Shown here in pieces: positions 45,537-56,620 of a DNA stretch of 64,000 bases (positions are counted from its first letter, which is position 1; every line of letters begins with the position of its first letter). Position numbers and translations under genes: made by a program. Source of the stretch: an uncultured Candidatus Jidaibacter sp. (GTDB taxonomy: Bacteria > Pseudomonadota > Alphaproteobacteria > Rickettsiales > Midichloriaceae); assembly GCA_964458795.1 (NCBI GenBank), contig CAYWJW010000001.1, positions 14,083-78,082 on the forward strand, in the 5' to 3' direction. The notes under the pieces are model-generated. The model was not told the origin of the DNA and made no database searches. It was given only the letters and a program-made list of their open reading frames with translations.

Positions 45537-45814
45537 ATACCAATTCCAGTAAATAACTGTACAGATGCGCTTCTGTACAGTTATTTACTGGAATTGGTAT
45601 AAGGTAGTGAAAAGAAGTATATTGGACCATGCTATCACAGGACAATATAACTTAAGAAACCTGCCACACAACCTGTCTTTGCCCGACTTGATCAGGCAAT
45701 CCATTTTAAGGCTATAGAAATGCTTGCTTGATATACTAAATATAAGGCATTACCTGGCCTTAAGATGGATCACCCGATCAAGTCTGGTGATGACATTGGT
45801 TGATTGGTATAAGC
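45537..45814 (-). repeat. Composite ~300-bp repeat, copy B (inverted relative to copy A)
   Basis: The reverse complement aligns with 35698-35995. It contains an almost perfect palindromic MITE copy at 45537-45600 and two hairpin units. Confidence 0.85.
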
Positions 45815-45970
45815 AGTATATCTTATTATTTTTTTTACCTGTTTTAACAGGTGGAAGGCGCATATTTCTTAGGTTTTGTTTTTAAATAACAAGTGGAAAC
45901 AGTGGTTTTCCTGACTTTGAAGCTTTTTATCCTGAAATACGTTCATAATGACTTTTTCTTTAGGATTTAA

Positions 45971-46046
45971 CCACAATTCTCTTATCTTGTATTTATGAGT
46001 ATACTTGACTTGTTATAGGTAATGGAAGTCCCTGTGTGAAATATTT
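45971..46046 (-). promoter_or_regulatory. Promoter-like interspersed module, copy g (minus orientation)
   Basis: The reverse complement reads CACAGGGACTTCCAT, an 18-nt spacer, TATACT, then ATAAATACAAGATAAGAGAATTGTGG. It starts right after the miaA stop and faces the ABC-like gene at 45473. Confidence 0.4.
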
Positions 46047-46937
46047 TTATATTTTTTTATGGGTCTTGGTATTAGCTATAATCTCATTGAAATCAAATTG
46101 ATGCCGTCCCCAGGTAATCTGGCGTTTAGCATAGTGACGGGTTGATTGTTGTGCCTTGCAAATTGTTTCATCTAAGGTCAACTTTCCTTCCAGATAACTC
46201 TGAATTTCTGGGATGCCGCAGGCCTTTGGAAGCGGTGCATCTCCAAAAATGGTAATTAGCTGTTTAACCTCCTTAACTGCACCAAGCTCTATCATTTTGA
46301 TGAAACGTTGGTTAATTTTCTGGTAAATTACCTCGCGAGTTGGGTTTAGCCAAATTATATAATAATCAGATCGCGGAAATGGTGCATGCTTTTCATGTTT
46401 TTGCAGTTCTGCTAGGGAATGACCGCTCTCAAACATCACTTCAAGTGCGCGCATTATGCGTTGCATATCATTAGGCTTAAGCTTTGAGGCAGTCATTGGA
46501 TCTAGCTTGCGTAAGTATTCGTGTAGTTCAGGTGTGTCCAAACGCTCTCTCAGTTCTGCCACCTTGGCCTTTGTTTCGCTAGAGATAGTAGGTAAATCTG
46601 GCAAGCCCTCTACTAGTGCTTTTATATACAGTCCAGTGCCGCCAACTAATATTGGCATTTTGCCTCGAGCACTCACTTCATTAATTTTGCGGGTTGCATC
46701 TATTATAAAATCTCCAACTGAATAAGCATCGAGTACGGATCTAAAGCCATATAAGTGGTGTGGGATATCTTGCCTTTCTTCTGCGGTTGGCTGCGCTCCT
46801 ATAACAGGTATTTCACGGTATACCTGCATAGAATCAGCATTTATTATTTCACCGTCAAATCGCTTGGCAAGCTCTACTCCATAGGCGGTTTTGCCTGAGG
46901 CAGTGGCACCGAAAATGATGTTTATTTTAGCGCGCAT
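46047..46937 (-). CDS. miaA: tRNA dimethylallyltransferase
   Basis: [14 protein letters not shown]-loop, ADSMQVY and [12 protein letters not shown] prefer the start at MRAK (46937, an 11-nt overlap with ruvB) over the ORF-track start at 46982. Confidence 0.88.
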   Translation of the reverse strand: MRAKINIIFGATASGKTAYGVELAKRFDGEIINADSMQVYREIPVIGAQPTAEERQDIPHHLYGFRSVLDAYSVGDFIIDATRKINEVSARGKMPILVGGTGLYIKALVEGLPDLPTISSETKAKVAELRERLDTPELHEYLRKLDPMTASKLKPNDMQRIMRALEVMFESGHSLAELQKHEKHAPFPRSDYYIIWLNPTREVIYQKINQRFIKMIELGAVKEVKQLITIFGDAPLPKACGIPEIQSYLEGKLTLDETICKAQQSTRHYAKRQITWGRHQFDFNEIIANTKTHKKI

Positions 46938-47925
46938 GAAGGTTAAGATGCTCAAAAGCTTGCATACTAAGTTCTCGCCCATTTGGAGTGCGTTTTACCA
47001 TGCCCAGCTGCATTAGATAGGGTTCTACCATATCTTCAATCGTACCTTTGTCTTCGGCGATACCTGCTGCAATAGTATCAATTCCCACAGGACCGCCATT
47101 GTAGTTTTTAGCAATATACTGTAGGTATTTATGATCTAGCCCGTCTAGGCCACTATCATCAATGCCAAGACTCTTTAGGGTGTGCTCTACGGTTGCAAGG
47201 TCAATTATTGGATCCCCTGCGGCATGCAAAAAATCTCGTACTCGGCGTAAAAGGCGCAGCGATATTCTAGGAGTGCCGCGTGAGCACTTGGCTATTTTGA
47301 TGGCTGCATCATTGGCTATTTCTACGTTTAGGACTTTGGAGCCTCTAAGCACTATATCCTTTAGTTCACTTGTGTTGTAAAAATCCAACTTAAGCGGGAT
47401 GCCGAAACGATCTTTTAGCGGATTGGAAAGCAAGCCTAACCGGGTTGTTGCCCCTATCAATGTGAACTGGGGCAAGCTTATGCGCACAGATCTAGCCGCA
47501 GGGCCATCACCAATCACAAGGTCAAGCGCGAAATCTTCCATGGCGCTGTATAGTATTTCCTCAACTGCAGTGGGTAGGCGATGTATTTCATCGATGAATA
47601 GGACATCGCCAGGCTGCAGATTAGTTAGTATAGCAGCTAGTTCCCCCGCCTTTGTCAAGATGGGACCAGCAGTGATTTTGATATTGACGCCGAGTTCTTG
47701 AGAAATAATTTGTGAAAGTGTGGTTTTGCCAAGTCCTGGTGGGCCATAAAAAATTACGTGATCGAGGGCTTCATCCCTAGATTTAGCCGCTTCTAAAAAC
47801 ACTCTGAGGTTGTTCTTTAGCTGACCTTGTCCAATGAAATCATCAAGGCTTCTTGGCCTTACTTTTAGTTCCTGGCTTTCGTCTTCTTGGAGCTTTGATG
47901 GTACTTTTGCTGTTTGAGAGATCAT
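46927..47925 (-). CDS. ruvB: Holliday junction DNA helicase RuvB
   Basis: [30 protein letters not shown] and GATTR. The likely start is MISQ (47925), and the ORF-track start is 47943. Confidence 0.92.
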   Translation of the reverse strand: MISQTAKVPSKLQEDESQELKVRPRSLDDFIGQGQLKNNLRVFLEAAKSRDEALDHVIFYGPPGLGKTTLSQIISQELGVNIKITAGPILTKAGELAAILTNLQPGDVLFIDEIHRLPTAVEEILYSAMEDFALDLVIGDGPAARSVRISLPQFTLIGATTRLGLLSNPLKDRFGIPLKLDFYNTSELKDIVLRGSKVLNVEIANDAAIKIAKCSRGTPRISLRLLRRVRDFLHAAGDPIIDLATVEHTLKSLGIDDSGLDGLDHKYLQYIAKNYNGGPVGIDTIAAGIAEDKGTIEDMVEPYLMQLGMVKRTPNGRELSMQAFEHLNLHAR

Positions 47926-48601
47926 GTTTAGGTTTATCCACAACGCCGTTATTTATAGTTAAGATTCTATCAGTTTTTTTGGCTAGCTCAAGATTATGCG
48001 TAACCATTAATACGGAGACATCTCTATTTCTGGCAATTTTTAGGAATTGGGCAAATACTACTTCAGCATTTTCTTCATCTAGATTACCAGTTGGTTCATC
48101 AGCGAGCAAGATTTTTGGTTGATGTATTAGTGCTCTGGCTATAGCGACTCGCTGTTGTTCACCTCCAGAAAGTTCGGATGGAATATTATTCATCCTATGA
48201 GACAATGAGAATTCACTAAGAATCTCTTTAGCGGATTCTTTTGCGAGCGTACGCCGTACTCCTGCAATTAAAAGCGGCATCATCACATTCTCAATCGCAC
48301 TGAATTCAGGGAGTAAATGGTGAAATTGGTATATAAAGCCAATTTTCCTGCCTCTAAGTTCGGTAGCCTTGGCATCTGAAAATCTGTTGCAGTCGCTACC
48401 ATCTATTATAACTTCTCCACTTGTGGGTTTTTCAAGAAGCCCGCATATATGTAGTAGTGTAGACTTTCCACAGCCAGATGGCCCGACGAGAGAACAAATC
48501 TCCCCTCTCCTTAGAACAAGGCTGGCATCTTTAAGTACATCTGTGGTATTTCGTCCTTGGACAAAGCTTTTAGTTATTCTTTTTAAACTAAGAATTGACA
48601 C
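47843..48601 (-). CDS. lolD: Lipoprotein-releasing system ATP-binding protein LolD (GTG start, Lys/Arg-rich C-terminal tail)
   Basis: [51 protein letters not shown] (very close to the same stretch of E. coli LolD), [15 protein letters not shown] and [11 protein letters not shown]. Confidence 0.8.
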   Translation of the reverse strand: MSILSLKRITKSFVQGRNTTDVLKDASLVLRRGEICSLVGPSGCGKSTLLHICGLLEKPTSGEVIIDGSDCNRFSDAKATELRGRKIGFIYQFHHLLPEFSAIENVMMPLLIAGVRRTLAKESAKEILSEFSLSHRMNNIPSELSGGEQQRVAIARALIHQPKILLADEPTGNLDEENAEVVFAQFLKIARNRDVSVLMVTHNLELAKKTDRILTINNGVVDKPKHDLSNSKSTIKAPRRRKPGTKSKAKKP

Positions 48602-48606
48602 GATAA

Positions 48607-48780
48607 TCAGCTGCTAAGCTTGCGCTCTTCAAACAGAACGTGCTTGCGGAGTTTTTTATCATACTTACGGAATTTTAGTTTTCCGGTAAGTTGTTTAGGA
48701 TTCTTGCCGCATACATAATAAACGCCAGTGCCTTCGCTGCTAACAAGTTTAAATAGTACGAGATTTCTTTTTCTTGCCAT
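48607..48780 (-). CDS. rpmG: 50S ribosomal protein L33
   Basis: Hand-translated 57 aa: [57 protein letters not shown]. It is not on the ORF track because it is under 60 aa. Confidence 0.85.
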   Translation of the reverse strand: MARKRNLVLFKLVSSEGTGVYYVCGKNPKQLTGKLKFRKYDKKLRKHVLFEERKLSS

Positions 48781-48939
48781 GGTTATATTAGAATAAATTT
48801 TATAAGCTGGCGTAGATCCTAACTAGTTGTTGGGTGTATGTCAACAATTTAAACAAATTAGTAGGGGTATGAATAATAAGTATTTGTAATTAATGCACTT
48901 TATGTATTAGCATAAATGGTAAGGATAATATGAATTTAG

Positions 48940-49902
48940 GTGAACAGCATGCCTATTGAGACTTATAAGATTCTTAGCGCTCGAATAAAGCGGAATATAA
49001 TTAAAGCCGCATTTTTATTGAGTATTATAACTCCCTGTATCACATATGCATCAGATAAATTAGCTCCTCAAGCTATGATAGGCTATCTTGATAGATACCA
49101 GATTAAAAATGGTGAAACACTTTATGACGTTGCTAGAAATTTTGGTGTTGGAATTGATGAGCTGATGTATGCTAATCAAATAATTGATCCATGGTTTCCC
49201 GCGGTAGGTACTGAGCTTATAATACCAAGCATGCACGTATTGCCTTCCAAGCCTCATAAAGGGATAGTTATTAACAAGACTGCGCTGCGCCTATACTACT
49301 TTCCTAAAGAAAACAGTACTGAAGGTGTCATTTCTTTCCCAATAGCTATAGGCAAGCCTGGCTATGAAACCCCTATGGGGACTACTAGGATTAATGATAA
49401 AAAAGAAAACCCCTCTTGGAGGCCAACAGATAAAGTGAGAGCAGAATATCCTGGGTTAGGGTTGCCATCCGTCGTGCCCCCAGGGCCTAGTAATCCTTTA
49501 GGAGAATATGCAATTTATCTGGGATGGGACCTGATCGTTATGCATGGAACCAACGATCCCTGGACTGTAGGTAGCCACGTTAGTCGCGGTTGCATAAGAA
49601 TGTATCCTGAGCATATAAAAACTCTATTTAGCAAAGTGAGTCGAGGGACAGAAGTTCGAGTAGTGGATGAGCCGGTAAAAATTGGTTGGTTAGATAATCA
49701 ACTCTACCTTACTGTGTACCCTAATAGAGCGCAAAAGGATAAGATAGATTTGCGCAAACGAGTAGATGTGCCAAGAGACTCAGCAGCAATTAAAAAGAAT
49801 TTACTTAATATTGCTGCAAGCCATCAAATAGAACTAGACTGGAATGCCGTCAACACTGCGTTGCAGGAATACAGAAGTGTTCCGATTAGAGTCTCAAGAT
49901 GA
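48940..49902 (+). CDS. L,D-transpeptidase with LysM domain (YkuD/ErfK family)
   Basis: It has a LysM domain (YQIKNGETLYDVARNFGVGIDELMYANQ) and a YkuD active site (HGTNDPWTVGSHVSRGCIRM). Confidence 0.85.
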   Translation: MNSMPIETYKILSARIKRNIIKAAFLLSIITPCITYASDKLAPQAMIGYLDRYQIKNGETLYDVARNFGVGIDELMYANQIIDPWFPAVGTELIIPSMHVLPSKPHKGIVINKTALRLYYFPKENSTEGVISFPIAIGKPGYETPMGTTRINDKKENPSWRPTDKVRAEYPGLGLPSVVPPGPSNPLGEYAIYLGWDLIVMHGTNDPWTVGSHVSRGCIRMYPEHIKTLFSKVSRGTEVRVVDEPVKIGWLDNQLYLTVYPNRAQKDKIDLRKRVDVPRDSAAIKKNLLNIAASHQIELDWNAVNTALQEYRSVPIRVSR

Positions 49903-51060
49903 TAAAAGCTCTTTACGCTTATTTAGCAGCCCCGTTAACTTGTTCAAACCCAATGCAAATGCACCGTTTCCTAGAACGTTTGCACAGGTGATAACCGGGT
50001 CAAATAGGATATAAAGAGCTGTAATGAGTGACATCATTTCAGCATCAAATCCTAAATAACTCTCTAGTATCGGAAGCATAACAATAATGCCACCCCCAGG
50101 TATTGCTGCGACAGAGAATTTTGCTAGAACAAAATATAAGGTGAAAATCATGTAGCTGATGAGTGAAGGTTCAGGCATACCAAAGCTTTTAAGTACTGCA
50201 TAAGCAAATATTGGTATAGCAAAGCAATCTCCTACTAGGTGGATATTTACCGTTGCAGGGATAACAGAGCGTGCAATATCTTTGTTATGAGTATTACTTT
50301 CAGTGCCAATTATCGTAAGTGGCATGCTTGCCGCACTGGACATAGTCGCAAAGCCGCTAATTGCAGCTGGTAGCATGTTTCTTATGCTCGTAAGAAGCTT
50401 TTGAAACTTGCAGTTGTTTAGTACAAAATAGACAAGCGCTATATAACTAAACTGAGCAACAGCTATGCATGCAAAAATAGCAGTATAGTCTTTAATAATG
50501 ACGCCTACGATACCATCATGCTGTAGTTTGATTACGAAACCAGCTACAAAGAGAGGTATTAAATAGACTAAGCTTTGTAATAAATAGCCTACAAACTTCT
50601 CAATGTTATTTGCGAGTTTAATTGCATATTCTGGATACATCCTTGATGAGATTATACCTAATAAAATACCGGCAAACATTGCTTTGTCGTTGGCTATAAG
50701 TTTAGGAAGCGTAAGCTTCCACAAGGGATCAAGACCAGTGGATTTATCAGGCGAGATCATGGATAAATCAAAGTGATATATCCAGATGCCAACATAATGG
50801 CTTAAAAAGGTTGATAGAAAATTGGAGAAGCATACAAGTGCTAGGATTACCCCAATAATCCTGGTTGCATTATTTGATAGTGCAATTGAGGCTTTGAAAA
50901 GCAAGCCGAAGATTATCAGCGGGAGTAGGGCTATTATTATCTCCTTAATACTTAGACTTATGGAGTATAGCCATTGCTTAAGTGATGGTGGAGCAAATGG
51001 CCCTAAAAGTATGATGGCAATTATCATCGCCACCAAAATAAATGGTATTTTACGAAACAT
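49894..51060 (-). CDS. Dicarboxylate/amino acid:cation symporter (DAACS) family transporter
   Basis: 388-aa polytopic protein with an SSAASMPLT motif (family SSxxTLP) and hairpin-like segments. Confidence 0.65.
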   Translation of the reverse strand: MFRKIPFILVAMIIAIILLGPFAPPSLKQWLYSISLSIKEIIIALLPLIIFGLLFKASIALSNNATRIIGVILALVCFSNFLSTFLSHYVGIWIYHFDLSMISPDKSTGLDPLWKLTLPKLIANDKAMFAGILLGIISSRMYPEYAIKLANNIEKFVGYLLQSLVYLIPLFVAGFVIKLQHDGIVGVIIKDYTAIFACIAVAQFSYIALVYFVLNNCKFQKLLTSIRNMLPAAISGFATMSSAASMPLTIIGTESNTHNKDIARSVIPATVNIHLVGDCFAIPIFAYAVLKSFGMPEPSLISYMIFTLYFVLAKFSVAAIPGGGIIVMLPILESYLGFDAEMMSLITALYILFDPVITCANVLGNGAFALGLNKLTGLLNKRKELLSS

Positions 51061-51077
51061 GGTTCTCTCCTAAGAGG

Positions 51078-51098
51078 GTTATTTACCGGAATTGGTAT
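51078..51098 (-). mobile_element. MITE-like repeat, solitary terminus
   Basis: GTTATTTACCGGAATTGGTAT. Confidence 0.55.
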
Positions 51099-51272
51099 CA
51101 GTATTATAGTTAAAAGTGTGAAGTGGATGTGAAGATCTATTACCAGCCGCAGCCGGTTGTAGTTGTAAGGAGAGTAACTATGTAGCCTGCAATTGACATG
51201 GTGCCAACATTATTAGTACACACTTATTATAACTTATTATAGTATAGCCTGCAAGGCATAACACCAAAATAT

Positions 51273-52565
51273 TTATAATACTCCAGTCTCATTGACGTAT
51301 TTATTATTATTTGCGGTATTGGATGATAGGGTGCTTTTCTGCACAAAGGCTTTATTAACAAGAAATAGCGCTGGCATTGAGGCGATGGCGGTAATAACGA
51401 AAAAGACTGCCCAGCCGAATGCTTCCACCATGAGCCCTGTGGTTCCTGCGACCGTGGTTCTGGCAAAGCTTGCAAGCGCTGATAGCAAAGCATACTGGCT
51501 TGCGGTGAACTGGCGGTTGCATAGCATGGAAATATATGCAACCAATGCGGTGGTGCTTATACCACTGCAGCTGTATTCAATAGTAGTTACTATGAATAGT
51601 ATTGTCATATTACTGCCTGAGCTAAGTAGCATTAAATAGGAGAGGTTGGATAGCATTTGCAGAACAAGTCCCACTACTACAAACTTCTTTAGACCAACTC
51701 TATTTGCTAGATAGCCACCAACAAGTGCGCCGACTATAGTTGCCCCCATTCCAAAGCTTTTCACCACCCATGCGATGTCGAACTTGGAAAATCCTATATC
51801 CAGCAGGAATGGGGAGGTAAGGGCCATTATGAGCGCATCACTCATCTTAAAAAAGATTACAAATAAAAGCATGTGATAGAAGTTAGTGCGTTTATATATA
51901 TCCATAAGTGGGCGTACAAAAGAGCTGGCTAGATGAGCGATGAAAGACTTACCATCTTCTATTTTCTTGAAATTTAGAGGTTCTTGGTAGAACACTACAC
52001 AGCCTAAAAGTATAAGCAAACTCAAAATTGCCATCGATATATAAGCTGCTTCCCAGCTTATAAAATGTGCGATACTTAACGCGCCGCTTGAAGATATAAT
52101 CATCGCCACTCTGTACCCGGTGGTGGCCATAGATGAGCCTGCAGCTTGTTCTTGGATAGGTAGCAACTCGATACGCATGGCATCGATGATTACATCTTGT
52201 GATGCCGATAAGAAGGCAAGTAATACTGAAATTGCGGCTATACTAGCTATTTCGCCCGTGGTAGCTATGCCGCTTAAAATCAAGATTGTGATAGCAAGGA
52301 GGCCACCAACTACTGAAAGCTGCGCTCGCCTGCGGCCAAGTTTAGCAGAAAGAAAGGGAATTCTCAGGTTATCAAGTAGGGGTGACCAAAGAAACTTAAG
52401 GATATGTGGTATACTTATCATGGCAAATGCACCTATGGTCGCAAGATCAAATCCCCGTTCTCTTAGCAAAATGGACAGAGTTGAAGCTGTAAGCGCAAGT
52501 GGTAATCCGCTTAGAATGCCTAAGAAAAAGACCAAAAGTAAATTTTTACGTAGGTAGAAAAGCAT
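51273..52565 (-). CDS. ampG: AmpG-family muropeptide MFS permease
   Basis: LVFFLGILSGLPLALTASTLSILLRERG, WSPLLDN and a 12-14 TMS profile. I prefer the start at MLFYL (52565) because the ORF-track start at 52631 would overlap glmS. Confidence 0.8.
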   Translation of the reverse strand: MLFYLRKNLLLVFFLGILSGLPLALTASTLSILLRERGFDLATIGAFAMISIPHILKFLWSPLLDNLRIPFLSAKLGRRRAQLSVVGGLLAITILILSGIATTGEIASIAAISVLLAFLSASQDVIIDAMRIELLPIQEQAAGSSMATTGYRVAMIISSSGALSIAHFISWEAAYISMAILSLLILLGCVVFYQEPLNFKKIEDGKSFIAHLASSFVRPLMDIYKRTNFYHMLLFVIFFKMSDALIMALTSPFLLDIGFSKFDIAWVVKSFGMGATIVGALVGGYLANRVGLKKFVVVGLVLQMLSNLSYLMLLSSGSNMTILFIVTTIEYSCSGISTTALVAYISMLCNRQFTASQYALLSALASFARTTVAGTTGLMVEAFGWAVFFVITAIASMPALFLVNKAFVQKSTLSSNTANNNKYVNETGVL

Positions 52566-52623
52566 ATGACATCTCACTCCTTGGTCCGCAATATACAACC
52601 AATTTAGTGATTTGGGAAGAGTA

Positions 52624-54447
52624 TTACTCAACCGTAACGGATTTAGCTAAATTTCTGGGCTGATCCACATCTTTACCAAGTGCTATTGCTGCGTGATAGG
52701 CTAGAAGTTGCATAGGTAATGTATAAAGTATTGGCGAAGTAAAGAAATCTGTCTCAGGCATGGTTATTATTGAGTGTGCTAGAGATTTTAATTCTTTAGC
52801 ACCGTTGGCATTGGTAAAGACTATTATCTTACCTTTGCGGGCCGAAATTTCCTGAATGTTGGATGCAGTTTTGGTAAATAATTTATCATATGGGGCCACA
52901 ACAACAACTGGCAAGTTTTCATCAATAAGTGCAATCGATCCATGTTTGAGCTCTCCAGCTGCCATACCTTCTGCGTGTATATAGGATATTTCCTTTATTT
53001 TAAGAGCCCCTTCAAGTGCTATTGGATAGGAAGAGCCGCGGCCTACATATAGCATAGTCCTCGCAGATTTAATCTCTTCCGCTATAGCCTTAATTTTCTG
53101 GCTCATGTTAAGTACAGTATTTAGAGTGTTTGGCAAATCAAGTAGATATGCTAAATGTCCAGAAAGTTCAGATCTAGTTATTAAGTTCTTATGAAATGCG
53201 GTATCAAGGCACATCAAGGCTAAAATAACCATCTGGGCAGTGAATACTTTAGTGGAGGCAACTCCTATCTCGTATCCAGAATATAATGGTAAAACATAAT
53301 CTGACTCGTGAGCTATTGTGCTTTCTTCAACATTCACTATTGAAACTATTTTAAGTCCAGCCTTTTTAACGTGCCTTAGTGCGGCAAGAGTGTCAGCTGT
53401 CTCTCCGGATTGAGAGATGAAAATGCCTATACCTTTTTTATCTAAAATCGGGTTTCTATATCTGAACTCTGATGAAAAATCTATTTCTACAGGAATCTTC
53501 GCTAATGTTTCAAACCAATATTTTGCAACAAAAGCAGAGTGATATGAGGTGCCGCAGGCAATAATATATATACGACTGCATTCTTTTAAATCCATTTCCA
53601 AATTATCAAAGCCGAATTTATTGAAATCAAGGTCATAATATCTATTAAACACCCGCTCCACAACTAAAGGTTGTTCAAGAATTTCTTTCAGCATAAAGTG
53701 CTCATAATCACCTTTGCTTGCTGAACTAAGATCTAGGCGGATATCCTTTGCAGCTCTGGTTACAACTTGGCCTTTAAAATCTGTTATCCTGTAGCTGTCT
53801 CTGCTGATCTCAACTATCTCACCATCTTCTAAATATATCATTTTATCTGTAAACTCGGTGAGGGCCAGTGCATCAGATCCCATATACATTTCGCCATCGC
53901 CTATACCGATTGCGAGTGGTGCACCTTGACGCATGCCAATCATTAAATTATCATTGTTGGCAAATATAATTGCGACAGCAAAAGCGCCTTCAACCTCATG
54001 AAAAGCTTTGAATACAGATTCATAGGGGGTCATACCTTTTTCATAGTAACTAGCTATAAGTTTCAAAAGTACTTCCGTGTCAGTATCGCTCTCAAAAAAG
54101 GCGCCTTCATTTATTAGTCGATCCTTAAGTTCTGCGTGATTCTCAATAATTCCATTATGAACCAAAGCTAATCCGTTTGATGCAAACGGATGTGCATTAC
54201 GTTCGGAAGGGGTTCCATGTGTTGCCCATCTGGTATGACCAATGCCGCTTAAACCATCAAGTGGATCTTTCTTTAAGATGCTGGCTAACTTGGCTATTCG
54301 CCCCTCTACCTTAAGCAACTTTATGTTATTATCATTAACTACCGCTATACCTGCAGAATCATATCCACGATATTCTAGCCTTTTAAGAGAGTTAACAATA
54401 CGATCCGTAACCTCAGCTTTACCAAGGATGCCAACTATTCCACACAT
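52624..54447 (-). CDS. glmS: Glutamine--fructose-6-phosphate aminotransferase
   Basis: MCGIVGILG Ntn start, two SIS domains and a C-terminal NLAKSVTVE. Confidence 0.95.
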   Translation of the reverse strand: MCGIVGILGKAEVTDRIVNSLKRLEYRGYDSAGIAVVNDNNIKLLKVEGRIAKLASILKKDPLDGLSGIGHTRWATHGTPSERNAHPFASNGLALVHNGIIENHAELKDRLINEGAFFESDTDTEVLLKLIASYYEKGMTPYESVFKAFHEVEGAFAVAIIFANNDNLMIGMRQGAPLAIGIGDGEMYMGSDALALTEFTDKMIYLEDGEIVEISRDSYRITDFKGQVVTRAAKDIRLDLSSASKGDYEHFMLKEILEQPLVVERVFNRYYDLDFNKFGFDNLEMDLKECSRIYIIACGTSYHSAFVAKYWFETLAKIPVEIDFSSEFRYRNPILDKKGIGIFISQSGETADTLAALRHVKKAGLKIVSIVNVEESTIAHESDYVLPLYSGYEIGVASTKVFTAQMVILALMCLDTAFHKNLITRSELSGHLAYLLDLPNTLNTVLNMSQKIKAIAEEIKSARTMLYVGRGSSYPIALEGALKIKEISYIHAEGMAAGELKHGSIALIDENLPVVVVAPYDKLFTKTASNIQEISARKGKIIVFTNANGAKELKSLAHSIITMPETDFFTSPILYTLPMQLLAYHAAIALGKDVDQPRNLAKSVTVE

Positions 54448-54534
54448 ATATCAATTGCAAATTATTAATTAACCTCAAGCACACGAGTATACACATAAAT
54501 GATGGGTTTTCAAATACCAATATCTTACGAATTG

Positions 54535-56448
54535 TTACATACTAAGAGAATTGCTAGCTTCAAATTTGCGCACATCGCAGGTTTTGCTTTCTTTATTGAT
54601 AATACAGGTCTTATTATACAAATTTCCCAAACCATTTACTGGCCTGTTTTGTGTATTTTCAGGAAGGTGATCTATTATAATGAAAGTTTTGCCTAATTCT
54701 GCCTGCTCTTTGATTAGCTTCATAACTATTTGAAGAATGGGGGCATCTAAGTTCGCAAGTGTTTCATCCAACAATATAAGGTCCTTGCCGCTTATTAAGC
54801 TGGTAATTAACGCAATACGTCTATTCTCTCCACCAGAAATATCTGCGGTGTTTCTTCCATTTATCTTAGCTATTTGCTCGACTCTATCTAAGCCTTCAAT
54901 ATCAAATAACTTTAATCTTATAAATAGTGAGATAACTTGATCTATCTCACTTTCACTAATTTTCTCCTTCCCAATTATATCCTGTAGTCGAGAAAGGCTA
55001 GGCATTGTTGTATGGTCCAGCATTGCTGTGTGGAAGGAGCCAGTTCTTTTCACAATGCCTTCTCTTATATAAGCTCCTCCTAAAATAGCATTTGAGAATG
55101 AGCTTTTGCCAGAGCCAGTTTCACCTTGTAATAACATAATATCCCCTTTCTCTAATATTAAATTAGTAGTGATTGTGAATACAGGGTTTAGCTTATCAAA
55201 GCTGAGTACAAACGGTTTATCTTCACTAGCTAGTACTTCTAGTACAACCTTATCATTTATCTCCTTATCATTTATCTGAAGATGGTTTTGTGCCTCTTTA
55301 TATTCAGCCTTAGCGGCTTCAATTGCTTCCGTTAACCTATTAAGTTTGTTTATTCTATGCCTAGTACTTGTAATCTCTGTATTAAGAATCTGACTTACGA
55401 TGAAATGCAAATTATTCATAGCAGACTTAATAGGTAATAAATCGTCTATATATGTAAGATTTGGTGCTCTAAGCATTGCTCTGCCTGGAAGTAGATAAAA
55501 GAAAAATCCCTTAACCATACTGTATATAGCAGCTGTCTTAACATTTAATTGCTTTAATGATAGCTCATTGGGAAAGGAACCGGCATAGTGTTCTTTTATC
55601 TTTTGCACAACTAGGCTATTGCAACTTCGGGCAACAATGCTTATCGGAGTTTCTGTAGCGTATTCTAGCCAGGAAACTGTTTCTTTTATAGAGTTTTCGG
55701 AGCGTTCTTTTATTGAGATGTTTTGCTTCTTTTGCTTATTCACCGACAGGCTTGACATCACCCCACCTAGTAAAATCGCAACAAGTAGCTTATGTTCTGC
55801 TTTCAGTAGCTTGTGTTCCCTATCAAGTGGGAATCTTATATATGGAGCTAGAGTCTTTGATGCATTTATTAGGATTCTGCACTCGGCGTATAATCTAATA
55901 AGAAGACCAGGCATCCCAATGGTATTTCGGGTCATGCTGTTTAGAGTGCTTCTAACATCTCCATGCAGGCAGTCTTTCAGTAGTGTTTTATTCTCTTCTG
56001 CATTTTCTTTATCTTTGGCTAACACAATTTTGTGTAGGAAAATATTTATGTTACCATCTTGTGCGAATACTTCTTCAAATAACTTATCTGGTATCATATT
56101 ATCTATAGCGTTATCTAGCTTCAGTGTTAACGCTCGATGAATGGCATGTAAGCCTAAGTTTGCTAGAGGATAGGTGAGTGATCTATAAACTTTGCCTTCA
56201 TAGTCTTTATCATCTCTAGCCATCAGAGCTGCTTTGGGAGCATCAGTAACATCTGAGATCGTAGATGGGGGCACTTCAAAAGGATAGATTTGTAGAATCT
56301 GTCTAAGCGCAACAATAGCGCAGTTTTTTAACCCAGATCTAGTGCATGGATTAAACACTGAAGCCATGAGCTTACCAGTTGCAGGGCTCATTCCGAACAT
56401 AGAATGACCAGCATGTTGCAGCATGGCAGAAAACTCTAGATTGAACAT
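54535..56448 (-). CDS. Atypical ABC-type ATPase protein, divergent paralog of 43311-45473
   Basis: Walker A GETGSGKSS, signature ISGGENRR, Walker B LILLDET and H-loop IIDH. The N-terminus MFNLEF...FGMSPATGKL...SGLKNCAIVAL parallels MFELIE...FGMNARTAAL...SGLKAWALTAL. Confidence 0.65.
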   Translation of the reverse strand: MFNLEFSAMLQHAGHSMFGMSPATGKLMASVFNPCTRSGLKNCAIVALRQILQIYPFEVPPSTISDVTDAPKAALMARDDKDYEGKVYRSLTYPLANLGLHAIHRALTLKLDNAIDNMIPDKLFEEVFAQDGNINIFLHKIVLAKDKENAEENKTLLKDCLHGDVRSTLNSMTRNTIGMPGLLIRLYAECRILINASKTLAPYIRFPLDREHKLLKAEHKLLVAILLGGVMSSLSVNKQKKQNISIKERSENSIKETVSWLEYATETPISIVARSCNSLVVQKIKEHYAGSFPNELSLKQLNVKTAAIYSMVKGFFFYLLPGRAMLRAPNLTYIDDLLPIKSAMNNLHFIVSQILNTEITSTRHRINKLNRLTEAIEAAKAEYKEAQNHLQINDKEINDKVVLEVLASEDKPFVLSFDKLNPVFTITTNLILEKGDIMLLQGETGSGKSSFSNAILGGAYIREGIVKRTGSFHTAMLDHTTMPSLSRLQDIIGKEKISESEIDQVISLFIRLKLFDIEGLDRVEQIAKINGRNTADISGGENRRIALITSLISGKDLILLDETLANLDAPILQIVMKLIKEQAELGKTFIIIDHLPENTQNRPVNGLGNLYNKTCIINKESKTCDVRKFEASNSLSM

Positions 56449-56620
56449 AATTAATATAAATCCAAATTTTTCGGAATTATATGTAGCTATGTTTAAATAA
56501 TCAAATAAAACTTAATTTAAGTCTTGAAAAGTGCATCGTCATCCATGCTCCCAGACATCAGTGTCACGAGTAAATTTAGCATTTAAAATATTTTGAAAAT
56601 TAAGCGATTAGCTCCATTTA

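Noticed and set aside
51227-51541. 104-aa minus-strand ORF overlapping the ampG 3' part in another frame.
   Set aside because: The AmpG frame has clear family features across this region, and the overlapping ORF is Pro/Gln/Ser-rich with no motif.
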